DNA of 64,000 nt from Marsupella aquatica. Lineage: Eukaryota; Plantae; Marchantiophyta. Shown here piece after piece: positions 50,931 through 63,818 of the stretch; within the stretch, counting starts at the first letter, position 1, and the number at the start of each line of letters is the position of its first letter. Where the stretch lies: contig OZ316899.1 of the NCBI GenBank assembly GCA_973895155.1, positions 10,443,135 to 10,507,134 on the forward strand. Reading direction: 5' to 3'. The position numbers and the translations under genes were made by a program. The notes beneath the pieces are model-generated. The model did not search any database. It had not been told where the DNA came from and worked only from the letters and a program-made list of their open reading frames with translations.

Positions 50931-51689
50931 CCTTGCACCACCTTCCTTGCTGGAGTTAGCTCTTCTCCACACTAGGGACACTAACCTCACAATGGACTAG
51001 ATTTTGGATCCTGATAGTTCTTGCCAACCAGTTACACGGCAAGAGCCAACACCTTGGTATCCAGCACAATACCATTGGATGGCCCCGTGCTGCTTGGCCT
51101 ACATTTGTGTCCTTTCTAGGTGCACATGCTTTTCAGGGTGATGGTCCTGGCCTGGTTTATTGACATTCTACTGGTACATGGGATGAACCTAGTCCTGAGG
51201 AGAGAGAACGGGCTATGGGCTTCCAATGCGGTACTACAGGTCACACCAAGATCACCAAGCTGGCCAGGAATGCTTTACTTGGCAGGGTAATGGATCGTAA
51301 TGCTCTCACTTGGCTTCTGGTCACTTGCATCATTTTTCAGATGTACATTCATCTAGCATCAGGAGTTCCAGCCTTACCACTCCATGGTGCTGCTACATGG
51401 CATCCAGACCAGGTGCACTAAGTACCTCTATTCAACACTCACCGCTTTAGTCCAAGTGTTGGGGGAGGAGGTCCCTTATAATGTGGCTGACATTATTTCT
51501 GAGTTTCATGGTGTGGAGAAATTTAGATCAATAGGTACAACATGCCTTGGAGAGGCCTCATCACCTTATCAACAACATGCTAGCAACTTGGACAATGAAG
51601 AGGCTAGCACTTCTGGTTCTTCAAGCACGAGTACATCAGGTCCAATTCCTAGTGTTGCCAACTACACATTCATCATGGCAACCACCTGA

Positions 51690-54643
51690 GTAAAAGACAG
51701 AAGGACCAGCTGCTGAATTTTCTCCTCAAGCATGAGAGCGTGTTTGCTTTCTCTATGAAGGACTTGGGTAAGTGCAAGACTATGCAGTTCTCCATTGAGT
51801 TGGCTGATGAAACACCTATCTTCAGGCGGAGACACCGCTCGAGTAAGCATGAGTGGCAACTGGTGGATGAGAGGTGCCAAGAGCTCTATGAAGCTGGTCT
51901 TGTTCAACCATCTACATCAGACTTTGCAACAGCTATAATGATGCCAGCAAAGAAGGATTCTAGTGGATTGTCGATAAAGAAGCGCATGTGTGGGGACTAC
52001 AGGCCATTGAACCTGGTCATACCCCAGGACAAGTACCCCATGCCGCGGCCAGAGGAGCTATTTGATAGCATTGGAGACTCAGACATCTTCACTCTTGTGG
52101 ATCTAAGGCAAGGCTTTAACCAGATTTTGCTGCTTGCAAAGGATTGCAAGAAAACAACTTTCCATGGTAGTAACCAACTATGGGAGTGGTTGGTGATGCC
52201 ATTTGGTTGAAGAATGCGCCCATATTCTTTCAAAGAGTCACGAACCAGGTTCTTCACGGTGCTGAGTGTCTGAAATGCTACATTGATGATGTGTTGGTCC
52301 ACAACAAAGGATTTGACCAACATCTACTTGACCTTGAGGAGCTATTCATGAGGCTTAAGAAGGTGAACCTAAAGATACACCCCAAGAAGTGTGAATTTGC
52401 GGTCAGATTAGTAGTATATCTTGGGCATCGCATTCTTCCAAATGGAACCATGGCTCACTGGGCCAAGGTGGTATCCATCTTGGAACTACCCACTCCTACT
52501 GATGTTCACACTCTTAGGAGCTTTATTGGGTTGTGCAATTACTACCGGATCTACATCAAAGATTTCAGTACCATTGCACACCCATTGTACTCTTTGTTGA
52601 AAATGAATGTGACTTGGACATGGAGTACAAATGCTGAGGCAACACTTGCCACTTTGAAGGAGAAGCTCTCAAAATACCCGATGCTGGGAAGACCTGATTT
52701 CAGCAATCTTTGTGCTACACATAGATTGGAGTGCCCTTGGGATTGGTGCCATTTTGGGCCAACATGATGAGGAAGGTAAGGAGTACGTCATTGCCTATGC
52801 ATCCAGGAGCAACAATGAGGCAAAGAGTCATTATTCTTCTTATGAAGATGAATGCCTTGCTGTTGTTTGGGCTGTCATACATTACAGGCCCTACCTCTAT
52901 GGGACCAGGTTTACTCTCTACATAGACCACCAGCCCTTGAAGTGGTTGATGACTAACGACAAGCTTACTGGCAAGCTTACTCGTTGGGCGCTCATACTCC
53001 AGGAGTATGACTTTGAGGTAATTCATAGGCCTAGTGTGACACATCAGAATGCTAACACTATGTCTCGTAGCCCTTTGATTACCTCTGATGATTCCTTAGA
53101 TGCACGGCAGGATTTTGACCAGGGTTCCATCCTGCCTACATTTCATGCATCTACCTATCTTGCTTTGCTACCATGCTACGTTGTTGACCAACCTGTGGTG
53201 GACATATGGGAGGACATCTATACTCTGAGATTTCTGCAGCATGGAGAATACCACACACATGTCACTGCAGCCCAAAGAGACCAAATTCAACAGAGGTCCA
53301 AGCGTTACTTGTGGAAGGGAGATCATCTTGTGCACTGCTTGCCAGACAGGGAAGTGATGGTTCCACCCATGAGGGTTGGCCTTATCCGTAAGGTACATTC
53401 CGAGCTTGGTCATTTTGGCGTTAAGAGGACTTACAGCCTCTTGGTTCCCCATTATCATTGGAGAGGCATGCATGGCCAGGTTTGGGATGTTATTGCTCGG
53501 CATGAACAGTGTGATAGGGTGAGGACTTCTTTCACATTTTGGCAACCCACACTTCATCCACTCCCTATTCACGCCATGTTTTATCGTTGGTCATGTGATT
53601 TGGCTGGAGAATTATCCCTTACATCTTGGGGTAATCTCTACATCATGATCATGATAGAGCATTTCTCCAAGTGGATAGAACTTGTGACATTACCAGATAA
53701 GACTTCTCATAGCACGAGCCAGACATTCCTTCAACAAGTTCTCAGCCACTTTGGAGCTTGTGCAAAATATCTCACTGACCAGGGATCAGAGTTTAGAGGA
53801 GAGTTCCAAGAGTTGCTTGATCAGGCCCTCATTGATCATCGCTGGACGTCACGAGATCACCCACAAGCAGATGACTTGGCAAAGCGCATGGTTCAGACAT
53901 GCAAGAAGGGTCTTTGAAAGATTTTCCTCACCAAAAACAAGGAGGATTGGGACCTGGCCTTACCCTTCATTGCTATGGGGTATAGGATGTCCAGACATGC
54001 ATCACTGTCTAACTTTTCTCCCTACTTCTTGTTGTTTGGTCATCACCTAGTTCCACCTTCTGCTATTGCTGCTCACATGCTTCAAGTGGTGGACTTGAAT
54101 TCAACCGTGACTTGGTTTGATCTGATCTTTGAGAGAGCTGCCCTATTCAGGAGGGTTATGCCCATGGCCATGGAGAATTTGGCCATTGCACAGCACAGGG
54201 ACACACTACGTTATGCACACACACAAGGGGGCACTTTTTAGCCCAAGATCAGGAAGTTTGAAGTGGGAGATTTTGTGTACTTGCAGCAACAAGCTAACAA
54301 CACCCTAGACACCTCTACCAGTCGTACTATTCTTAGGGTTAAGGCTATTTGACCGTCTAGAGTGCTAGAGTTACAAGGGGCAGATGGGCGCACAATTGTT
54401 GACAATGCCAAGAATTGCGCCCCTTGTCATCTGTCTGACCTGGATCCCACCATTGTCACTTCTACTTGGATCCCACCTGTCGATTACCCGTGCAAAGTTT
54501 GTTTGCAAATTGATGATGCTGACCAGATGCTGTTGTGTGACAATTGCAATGGAGGGTACCATCTTTTATGCATTCGGCCTGAACTTACCCAGGTGCCAGA
54601 AGGGTTATGGTTTTGCCCTTCCTGTGCTCCACGTGCTACCTGA
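51690..54643 (+). pseudogene. pol: pol: RT - RNase H - integrase - PHD finger
   Basis: RMCGDYRPLN, VDLRQGFNQI, VMPFG, CYIDDV, HIDWS..IGAIL, VIAYASR, H/H/C zinc finger, IEHFSKW, LTDQGSEF; C-terminal CKVC..LLCDNCNGGYHLLCIRPELTQVPEGLWFCPSC. Confidence 0.93.
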
Positions 54644-57276
54644 ATTTTCTTCAGCCCTCCATTGGCTGTGGTCTGGGGGGGATACAGAGGTTTACACCTC
54701 CACTACGTACATACCACTTCATTTGCTTTTTCTTGGCACTTGTAAATGTGATGGGAATTTTTCTATGCATGTTGATTGCTAGTGCCTTACACATGTGCAT
54801 TGCCGATGCCTTGTATGTTTTTGATACACTATGGCTACGATACTATATGTCACGAAAGTAGTAGCCAACATGATTCCTTCTCAGCAACCAGCTCAATTCC
54901 TCACTCAGCCAGCTAGCAACCTCTCTTCTTAATCAGCCAGCCAACATCCTCTCTTCTTAATTTTGCTGTTGCCTATTCCTCTGTAGCAAGTAGCTCTTCA
55001 ATTAGCCCACCTCTTGCTTGACCCGTGTGGTTCTACCTGACCTTGTGCTTGCTTCTCCCCTACCTCGTGCTTGCTTCTCTCCTCCCATGCTTGCCGCGTG
55101 GTTGCCGTCGATGCAGTTTAAACTTAGAAAAATTTCCGGTGTTTTTGTTGAAAAAAACAGCATTCCATAGCCGTTTTGGACCCCCCCTCCCAAATAAATA
55201 AATAAATAAATCACCCATAAGTACAATAGTACTTTTGAGTATATCCTTGGAATCCCTGGACATAGGACTCACTCCTAAATTTATCCAACTTGCAAAATAT
55301 TTCATAATGATTTTTCTAAAATTACCTAAGTTTGCCCATATCTATAATACGTACTACTTTTCCTTAACTTTGAGATGTTTCCAAAAAGTAAGAAAAGGTA
55401 ACAAAGTACTTCTAAGACATTCCAGGGATATTATGGGCTGTACTAAACTCAATTCTAAACTCTAAACCACAAAATTTACCCCTTAGCTATTTTCTCCGGG
55501 ACCCGCTAGTTGGTTATTTTAAGTTTTGCCAAAATACTCAGAACTCCTAGGTTAAGACCCCACTTGACTTAATAATTTTTATGTGTGGTCTAGGGACTAC
55601 TTAGCACCTATAGTGTGAGTCTTAGCAAAACATATCGCTTGAAAGTATTGGTCATTCCTCCGGCCTGACTTGCCAACTATCGTAAGTTCTTTTCCTCCTT
55701 ACCGAATAATTTACTCAACTCTTGATCTACTTTTTACATAGAGCAATATGTCTTCTCCCTCAATTTATTTCCCTACTCCACTCCCCTAGTTATTAAGTTA
55801 TCCTAAATCTAACAACTCCGCTAATCACTAAAACTATGTTATTATTACCCCTCCAAAGCAAAACACTAACGCATTTCCTACTCAAGCCTTTACTGAGCCA
55901 TTCCACAAAAACAACAATAACTTTTCAATGAGAAGTCTGTTGGAGAATTTCTTGGATGCATTGGAAAGCTCTTGAAGAATACTACATCCTCTTGAGATTA
56001 TTTGGGCTTGGAAGTTCTTTTGGGGTCTTGAGGTTTGTGGGGGCTGTTTTTTCCGCTTGCCAGATGCTGCCAAAGCAGTTGCCGAACTACATTCAATTTC
56101 ACACGGGAGGTTGTGTTGGGGAGAAAATGCAATGTAGGTAGGGGGTTTGAGGTCAAAGTGCATTTGGCCCCTAGACTTAGTTGGGTTGGAACCTTGGAGA
56201 TGGTTGCTAGAATTGGGGCCAAACTAGTCTTGATCTTTGGGACACACTTGATATTTGGGCTTGGGCATGTCCTAGGGGCAAGGCAATCAACCATTGACTG
56301 ATAGAAAGTGGGAAAGCACAGGCGGCACCCAGTAGAGGGGCAATTTTAGAGAAACAATGGGTGTCGGTTGTAGCTATGGCTTATGACAAGGCCACGGGGG
56401 AGGTTCCATTCGCTGACCTACTTATCAACGTCTATTGAGCTTAAATAAAGACACTAGTTTTGAGGTTCCTAGATCTTGATTGGTTACTTATCTAGATGTT
56501 TGGTAGCTTGTGCAGATAGTAAGGACTGTTGAGCAACGGTCGTGTTAGGGGGCAAGTGTGGCTCTGTATGGGAGTTGTCGTTGAGGGTGCTAGGGATACC
56601 AAGTTGCTTGCTCAAGGAGTTATGTGTAGGTGTTCAAGCACCAAGGGCACTTAGGCAAGAGTGTTTGGATTGGTGAGGGCGTTAGGTTGCTAGTCCACCA
56701 CTCAGTACCCGACCAAATGCCCTACCACCTCACTAAAGTCAAACCCATTTTGACTCACGTATCTCAGTCATACAATGTCCGCTTGAGCGAGAATTTACAT
56801 GGTTGGAATGAGCGCAACAAGATCTTTCCAACAAGTCTATGTGAAACTAAAAATCACTACTTAAAAAAAACAAAATTGTACCAATGTATAGTTGCCACCT
56901 TGAGCTCCTGACTATGGCTGCGTGAGCTCAAACAAAAACCTTCAAAATGAAATTACACATTGCACACTACACCAAAAGTATTACTCGATTGTTGCAAAAT
57001 GATCCCTGTTCCGTATGTAAACTCTTGGATCAAACCCCCATAAAAACAAATAGGCAAAACCCGAATTACTCTCACATTGAAAAAATCCGTCAAAAAATTA
57101 TTGAATACAAAATGAATTCATCCCACCTTTAAAATGCGCGCAATCTTACTCCCAACAACACAGGTTCCAACCAGAGCCTCTCCTAATATGCCCAAAAGAA
57201 TATTCACACTCACATGCATTGAACACAATAAATTGGTCACGATGAGCCCCAAGCCCTTCTCAGTCTTGGTCCCCAA

Positions 57277-57647
57277 GCTTTGATACCAATTGTTGGAATA
57301 TGATCTTGACCAAACAAGACAACGTCAACATATGTGAACAAACATCCCTAGACTCCGACATTGAAAGTACGTGGTTTATCCCATTTGGGCTACGTCCATG
57401 GTCGTGAGAGAAATACAGTAATATAAAATGATTACACCTGCCATAGCCAACGTGCTAGAGCTCCTCCTCTCACTCTATCACTCTCTATCCTCAAGAGTGA
57501 ACCTTCAAGTGTGAGCACAAGTTTCCGTTCCCCTTGGGTATACCCCCTCCCATGGTCTATGGGAACCAGGAACTCAAACTAGTGCTATCCTAGGCTACTT
57601 AAGTCTAGCTTGAAATACATAGATTATACTAGAGGCATAACCTAACA
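57277..57647 (-). mobile_element. Short LTR (57291-57647) with tRNA-iMet PBS (57277-57288); probably a Ty1/copia 5' remnant
   Basis: Minus strand TGTTAGG...TCCAACA followed by TGGTATCAAAGC. Confidence 0.75.
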
Positions 57648-58214
57648 TTTAGGGTTATGGGTGGAGTTATTTTATTTTTGCCAAAAATTACTACTACAGA
57701 CTGATTTGGACAAAATTGACTGATATTATTAAAACAAAATTCCGGATGGACCAAGACATTGTCCCTGACCATCCCCATGGACTGCATAGACCAATCATTA
57801 TGTTTACATCAAAAAGAAAAAGGAACCGGTCGCGGATTTCAGTTGGCAACTTTGACTACCTTGGGGAGAAAGTGGTCAAGATGTCAAGGTGATCCTAAGT
57901 AATGGCATGACGTCTCGACGTAGTTTAGGTTCAAGGTTGTCAAGTTGTCAAATTATCAAGGAAACCCATTCAATAATGTAATTGAAACCGGCTGCAAACA
58001 ATTAAAAAAATCATGTACAAATCACATTCAAGTCAAAAGTGTAAACAATATTATCTAAAAGAAATGACCTACAATGAGAAGTACATCCGAGCTTTGCGAG
58101 TCCATGTGAAACTCTTAGACAAAGTGGAGGTCCATTGGGCATTTAGTTTAGATATTTGATATTTCTACTAGAGCAATCATTTCCCTAAGAAAGCACGCGG
58201 CAACATAATATGTT

Positions 58215-58560
58215 TCAACCAATTGGCACTGGTCAGTTGGGCAAGGGATGAGCCTAGAACCGAGAGGTCTCATTTCAATCCCCCCTCCACATGCAAGGGT
58301 TGTGGAGGGTGAGTATGTGTGTGGGTGGGGTGTAGCTCGGGGTGTAGTGGTGGGAGTCCCGGTTTCTTGCCAGCCCCTGGCTAGTTGGCTTTGGGGCTCT
58401 GGTCCAACCCTCTCTCCCACCTGGTACTGGGTATGACCCCCCTTGTGAGCTAGAGAGGTGCATGCTTGGGAGTTGATCCTCTATCCTATGTTGGATGGGT
58501 CATGCTCCTGAATATATCGTCTATCCTTGGATGTTCAGCTTTAGGTATTCAAGGGAAAAA
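58215..58560 (+). mobile_element. tRNA-derived SINE
   Basis: 13-bp TSD AACATAATATGTT (58202-14, 58561-73); A-box-like TGGTCAGTTGG (58230), B-box-like ATTTCAATCCC (58272); A-rich tail. Confidence 0.75.
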
Positions 58561-58583
58561 AACATAATATGTTCCCTAGGTCT

Positions 58584-58723
58584 ATCATTTGAAGTCGTGA
58601 AGTTTGTGTCTTTATTTCAATTCAGGTCTGGAAATAGAGGGTTGGTCGAAGCGATCATTTGAAGTCGTGAAGTTTTGTGTCGTTATTTCAATTCAGGTCT
58701 GGAAATCGAGGGTTGGTCGAAGC
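58584..58723. repeat. Tandem duplication, 2 x ~70 bp
   Basis: ATCATTTGAAGTCGTGAAG...GTTGGTCGAAGC at 58584 and 58654. Confidence 0.9.
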
Positions 58724-59024
58724 AGACTCAGACGGCATTTGTAATTTTGCGCGCAGCTTTTCCTTTCCTTCTCAGTGTCCATCCCGAGACGGAATCTCAG
58801 AGTTTCGTTCCACTCACTGTAAGTCCGATCTCCGCTTCAGGTCCAGTCTAAGCGTTGTCTAGCGAATTCGAATTCACAGCCGTGCGAAAAGGACGCCTTT
58901 CATATTCTGATATTCCCAGGGTGGCATAGGACTCTACTTCGTTGTTAACCCTAGTGACTCGAGATACAGCAATTCTACATCCACCTACATTGCCTTCTAC
59001 CCGAAACTGGCGTCAGTCACGAAG

Positions 59025-60307
59025 ATGGGGTCTAACCCAGTACCACCTCGCCCGCGCAGGCAGAGGAGTAAAGAGGAGGAACCAAAGGTGAAAAAATGCT
59101 CGTTGGACAGATAAATTTATGTTTTAGATAAGTCGGCGTGTGCTATCGTGTAGTGCAGTCCTTGGCGATTGTTCTTACAAAGTGATTTCAATTGTAGGGG
59201 ATGCCAGTTTCTTGGAAAACGATTCTTGAATTCATTAATCTTCTGCTTTCCATGTTCTCGACGGAACTCGAGTAAAGGAGTCATTTGCGGATGGTTTCTG
59301 TTCTCCAAATTCCTTGTCATCCCTATTACATGTGTACTAATGGATTGGAAGACCTGCAGGCTCGGACTTTCGTCATCCCTCCTCATATCATTGCGGAGGC
59401 CATGTCGTCGCTGCATGGACTAGATCTCAGATGGTCGGGCCCAATCACCTCGACAGAAATGCGATATGTAGAACAGTACGTGCAAGCGCGGTATCCTGAG
59501 TATTATGAGGGTCTTATGGGGAACAAGCCTGTTGTGACTGACCTTCCCAGTCTGAAGGAAGATCGGGAGGACAATGAGAATTGCAGCGGCAGCAGTGCGA
59601 GTAAGCTAGCAGAAAGGAGGTCTCCAAATCCTGCTCATGATCTAACAGCGTGTTTTGGAAGTGCACTTCCAGAGCCGAGGAAGATGCCGCTGGAACCTTC
59701 ACGACTTCTAGACATACTAACGAAAAAGTTTACATCACGTGACAGTTCAATTTCCATCCCGGAGATACATGCACGAAATAGAGTGCTGAAGGCCTGTGAA
59801 TTGCAAGAGAATGACTATGTAGTGGTCTTTACGACAAACCTTAAGGAGGCAATGATGCTAGTGGGTGAAAGTTATCCCTTCTTTAGGTATAATTATTACA
59901 TGACAGTACTGGAGGAGCAAGATGATTGCATACGAGAATTTGCAACGTACAAAGAAGCAAAAGTTCTTCCTGCACCGGTGAGTTGGCTGGATTTGAGAAT
60001 CGCGGGCTCAAAACTGAGTCAGTATTTCAGGAAAAAGAGTAAGCACAGTCCTAAAGGCTTGTTTGCTTACCCAGCTGATGTGAGAGGCACTCGGAATTCT
60101 TTGCACTGGGTGTCAGAGGCTCAGCGAAATTGCTGGCATGTTCTATTGGATGCCACCGAGCTTATTTTGGGAGAAGACCAACTTAACCTCACCTTACATA
60201 AACCTGACTACGCTCTCTGTACTCTGCGTAAAGCTGTGGGGCAAAGACCAACAATCACTTGTCTATTAGTACGGAGGAGCTCTTTTGGAACAATATCACT
60301 TCGTTGA
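59025..60307 (+). CDS. Plant PLP-dependent transferase / molybdenum-cofactor-sulfurase-like protein (host gene)
   Basis: Intact frame 59360-60307 with HIIAEA..LHGLDLRWSGPIT, GESYPF, WLDLRI, KGLFAYP, HWVSEA.RN.WHVLLDAT, HKPD; putative first exon 59025-59087 (ATG..AAG|GT), acceptor CAG at 59357-59359; 5' exon structure uncertain. Confidence 0.82.
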
Positions 60308-61502
60308 TCGTGAGTAGCTGTTCATATAAGTAGCTGTCAAACTTCTTTTGGCTGGAGTAAAATCCCTCATTGTTCAGTGTTGGCACTCGGGATCAGACTG
60401 CTTTTTAGTTGCTCCTGTTTTGTGTCTCCCGGTATATGCCCGTGCTACCATTCTGCAGAGCGGTGAAAGGAAGTTCTGCCACGTTGGCAGGCCATAGGAT
60501 TTAGCCAGGGCCTTCACCCCCCCATTCTTGGCCCCGCAGGTTGTCGACAAACTTAGACTAGCTTGCTAGTACATCTTAGTATAGCTCAAGCGATCACCCC
60601 AACAATCTTTAACTTCTGTCTCTGCCCGCAGTTTTCGTTGGCAATCAACATGACAATCAAGGCTCTGCATGTGCAATCTTTGGTTTTGCAAACAGTGCTG
60701 TCGCAACATAGTGCTGTTTGTTGCGACCTTGTCTTATCTTTTTAGCTTCCCTCGTCTTCACCTTCCAGACTTTCGTTTGATTTGAGCGATATTGTACATA
60801 TATTCAACTTAGCGACTTGTGTTGTTAGCACCATTCAGAGCTGGAAGCAAGAGATAGGTAGGTTGGATTCCCAAGCAGGGACTTTTGTAAGAAAAACTAG
60901 CTGCGTTATTGCCAATGGTGTGATGAGTATGTTCTGCTCGTTGTGAAGGAATTTGCATGAGTTGCCAGTGGGGCGATGAGGATGCCCTTCTCATTGTGAA
61001 CGAATATGAATGAGGCTTAATGGTAGCCTGGAGTGGTTGCTCTTGCCTGTGAAAGGGTCGTTTGCATGAGTCTGACAAGACGAAGCTCTTGTATTGTGAC
61101 GGAGAATGCGTGATGCTTATTTGGCGCCTGAAATGGTCGCTCTTGTCTGTAAAATGGTTTATGCGATGAGTCTGACGAGAGAATTCTTCATCTCACTTTA
61201 AGGAGTTTGCTAAAGACTTAATGGTTACTTGAAGTGGTGGCTCTTGTCTGGTAGATACTAGTTTTTCATCACTTTGAGCACTTAACTCTAGCTGGTTAGA
61301 CGGCTACAAGTTATCCGTTTGATGTATATGGACTGGCATCCGTACATACTTGATGCTTTTTAGTAATAGTTAGCAATCAGGTTGTAGACAGGGATAGGTT
61401 TGTATGTTATGTTGTGTGATGACCACATGTCCAGTCCTAGCGATCCAGAAGGGCAAAATTTGAGTAAATAGTTGCACAGATGAGATAATGCTTGCATCGT
61501 CT

Positions 61503-61673
61503 GATTCTGGAAGCCCTTGATAAACACAAGTTAGGACTCCCTAGACAGTGATTGTACATTCCCCTGGGACCAAACTTGCATTATGAGATTCTGGAAGCCC
61601 TTGATAAACACAAGTTAGGACTCCCTAGACAGTGATTCTACATTCCCCTGGGACCAAACTTGCATTATGAGAT
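61503..61673. repeat. Tandem duplication, 2 x 84 bp
   Basis: GATTCTGGAAGCCC...TGCATTATGA at 61503 and 61587, one mismatch. Confidence 0.92.
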
Positions 61674-61899
61674 GATCAGAAAACAATAGTCTGCAAGGGT
61701 CACCCACAGTCAGCAACAGTAATAAGCTGGCCCGGTGGAAGATTGGTCGACCACATGTACCTGACCCAGAGAATGGTTGTGGACTGGACTGGGGATTCTG
61801 CCCTTACAAGGTTTCAACAATAACCCAACATTTATGTGCTTGAAATTGCACTCTTTTCTACTAGTGTCTCCTCACAAAGCAGAGAGTGAGTCTGTAGAA

Positions 61900-63480
61900 A
61901 GCAGATGCTCATCAAAATCGGAGTCAATCTAAGAGTATAAGTGGCTCTCAGGCTTTAAAAGCCATTTTGATCTCTCAATCATCGTTTCTCCCCTAGCCCT
62001 TAGCAGGCGAGTATGTTTCCTGCTGGGTCCAATATCTTCACAGGCTCCAAGGACATTGTCGAGCATCTTAGCGAGGAGCGTGTTAAGATCAAACGAGCGA
62101 CGTCTGTCATATTGAAGAAGTGCTCACTCCTGGCAAGCCAAATAGACCATAGAACTTGGTAGACTGTAAATGCTCTAAGTGAGTGAGTCATATTATGACC
62201 CTTAAACAATCTGACTAGGGAAAGAATCTCAGTGTCTGACCAGGTAATTACATTAGGAAAGAGTCTAAAAGCCAGATTCCAGCATGTCTTTGCAAATGCA
62301 CAGTTGAAGAAACCGTGAGGGATCGTCTCAAGTTTGGTGAGACAAAGGTTGCAGGTCCCCTCTCCTTGCCCAATCCTCTTTGCCCGAGCCCCTCTAAATA
62401 ATCCTTGTGCAAGGATTCTCTAGACAAAAGTACGTGATTTCAATGGGAGGTCAGAGGTCCAAAGTGAGTTCCAAATAGTATTCCTGACCACTCAATCTCG
62501 GTAAGAGTTGACGACCAATTACGATCGAGCCTGACAAAATCAAAACCCCAGGGTTGAAGGATGTTGTACATATGGGCGCTGGGTACAACAAACATCTTTA
62601 GATTCACTTCCTGGTCTGTCCGTCTTCAATGAAAAGCCCAGCTACCTGTCCCTTCCCTGTCTGTTGATAGTTCTAAAGGTCTTAATGAAATTGATGCAAA
62701 GCGCATTGGTGACGGTGTCCAGGCCTCTGATCCTTCCAAGCTTCCTATCCACCAGAGCGATGTCCTCTCCAATGCGGCAGGTGTCAGCCAAGTTTTTTAT
62801 GCCCAGTCTCCCACAAAGTCTTATCACTGCAGAAAAACTGATATCATCCAAGAATTGAAATCCTATGAGGCATCTAAGAACATCTTCAACGTGATTCCAC
62901 CTAGCTGCCACAACTGAGTCACCAGGGGCAACGATAAGATGTGAGCGCAGAGCAGACCATGCTTTCCAGATATTTCCAGTATAGTTGATTTCGCAAAAAG
63001 AGTGTGGGTAGCTAGCTGAGTAGAAGCCTATCCAACAGCGAGTATCTGCTTCCTTCTAATGACTTCGGCATTCATCCATTTTGCCAGTTTCAGATTTTCA
63101 TGTAAGAGTCTAGCCCATTCCGAGGATGGGGCATCCAAGGCTCTGGTGAACCATTTACATACTAGAAGCGCATTTGAGTGACTACGAAACTCTTTGAGAC
63201 CCAATCCACCGTCCACTTTAGGCCTAGTAATCATTTTCTATGCCACAAGGGGTACTTCCTGTCTCCTTTCTCTATATCCCCAAAGGAAATCCCGGCAAAG
63301 CGCAATCATTGTTTTAGCCAACAATTCCAAAGAGTGCATGAACATCATGTGGTAAATAGGCACAACTTTTAGAACAAGCGTAATTATGATCGTCCAACCT
63401 GTGAACAATAAGTTTGGTAGCCCAGGTGGAGAGTTCAGCACCGATTTTATCCAGAGAGAAAGAATGCAATTGAGAGGTTT
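61900..63480 (-). mobile_element. L1-type LINE ORF2 3' part (degenerate)
   Basis: LDKI..LSTW..K, VPIYHMM, RDFLWG, PKVDGGLGLKEF, zf-RVT CNLC..ETIPHGFFNC, LWSIWLARSEHFF. Confidence 0.85.
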
Positions 63481-63818
63481 ACAAGGAAAGTTGGGACTTC
63501 ATTCAAACTGATCTAATGGACACAATCTTAGTTTTTGGCGCACAGGTGAATTGGCTTCCAGGTTAAAGGATGGAATGATTAAACTTATTCCTAAGAAACC
63601 AGACAAGAGACAGTTGAAAGACTGGAGACCTTTCACTATGCTTAACACAATTTATAAGATTGTGGCCAAAATTGCGGCGAATACATTTGAAACCTCTTCT
63701 CAATCAACTTATCAGTCCGCAACAAACAGGTTGGGAGCCATATTGTAGAGAATGTATCTATAGCATGGCTGATTGTAGATTGGGTTTGATGCAAGAAAGC
63801 CAAAATGCTCTTCCTTCT
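63481..63818 (+). mobile_element. L1 RT N-terminal segment in inverted orientation
   Basis: SWDFIQTDL..FWRTGEL..GMIKLIPKK..LKDWRPFTMLNTIYKIVAK..QTG. Confidence 0.85.

Larger units (their letters stand above)
46400..51340 (+). pseudogene. DNMT3-like C5-cytosine DNA methyltransferase domain within pol, split by the solo LTR at 46974-50930
   Basis: Motif I LLELFGGI (46442), II YVDID, IV DLIIAGWECQGFSVAG (~46699), VI YIIENTP (46823), VIII AHRLCNFWTNL (46940-72), IX-X EERERAMGF..RNALLGRVMD (~51200-51296). Confidence 0.88.
25040..55010 (+). mobile_element. Ty3/gypsy LTR retrotransposon encoding a C5-DNA methyltransferase and a PHD finger; interrupted by a CACTA and a solo LTR
   Basis: Putative upstream LTR 25040-41753 (TGTGTGA...TCACACA, split by the CACTA); gag, protease, DNMT, RT, RNase H, integrase, PHD on +; partial downstream LTR ~54864-55003 shares motifs (AATTTTGC.GTTG.CTATT, TAGCTCTTCAAT) with 25198-25262; outer boundaries approximate. 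Confidence 0.75.

Noticed and set aside
55010-56700. Probable repeat-derived DNA with short ORFs
   Set aside because: No diagnostic termini or coding motifs.
59285-59359. ORF-track start of the host gene
   Set aside because: Non-ATG start that probably lies in an intron; conserved sequence begins after the CAG acceptor at 59359.
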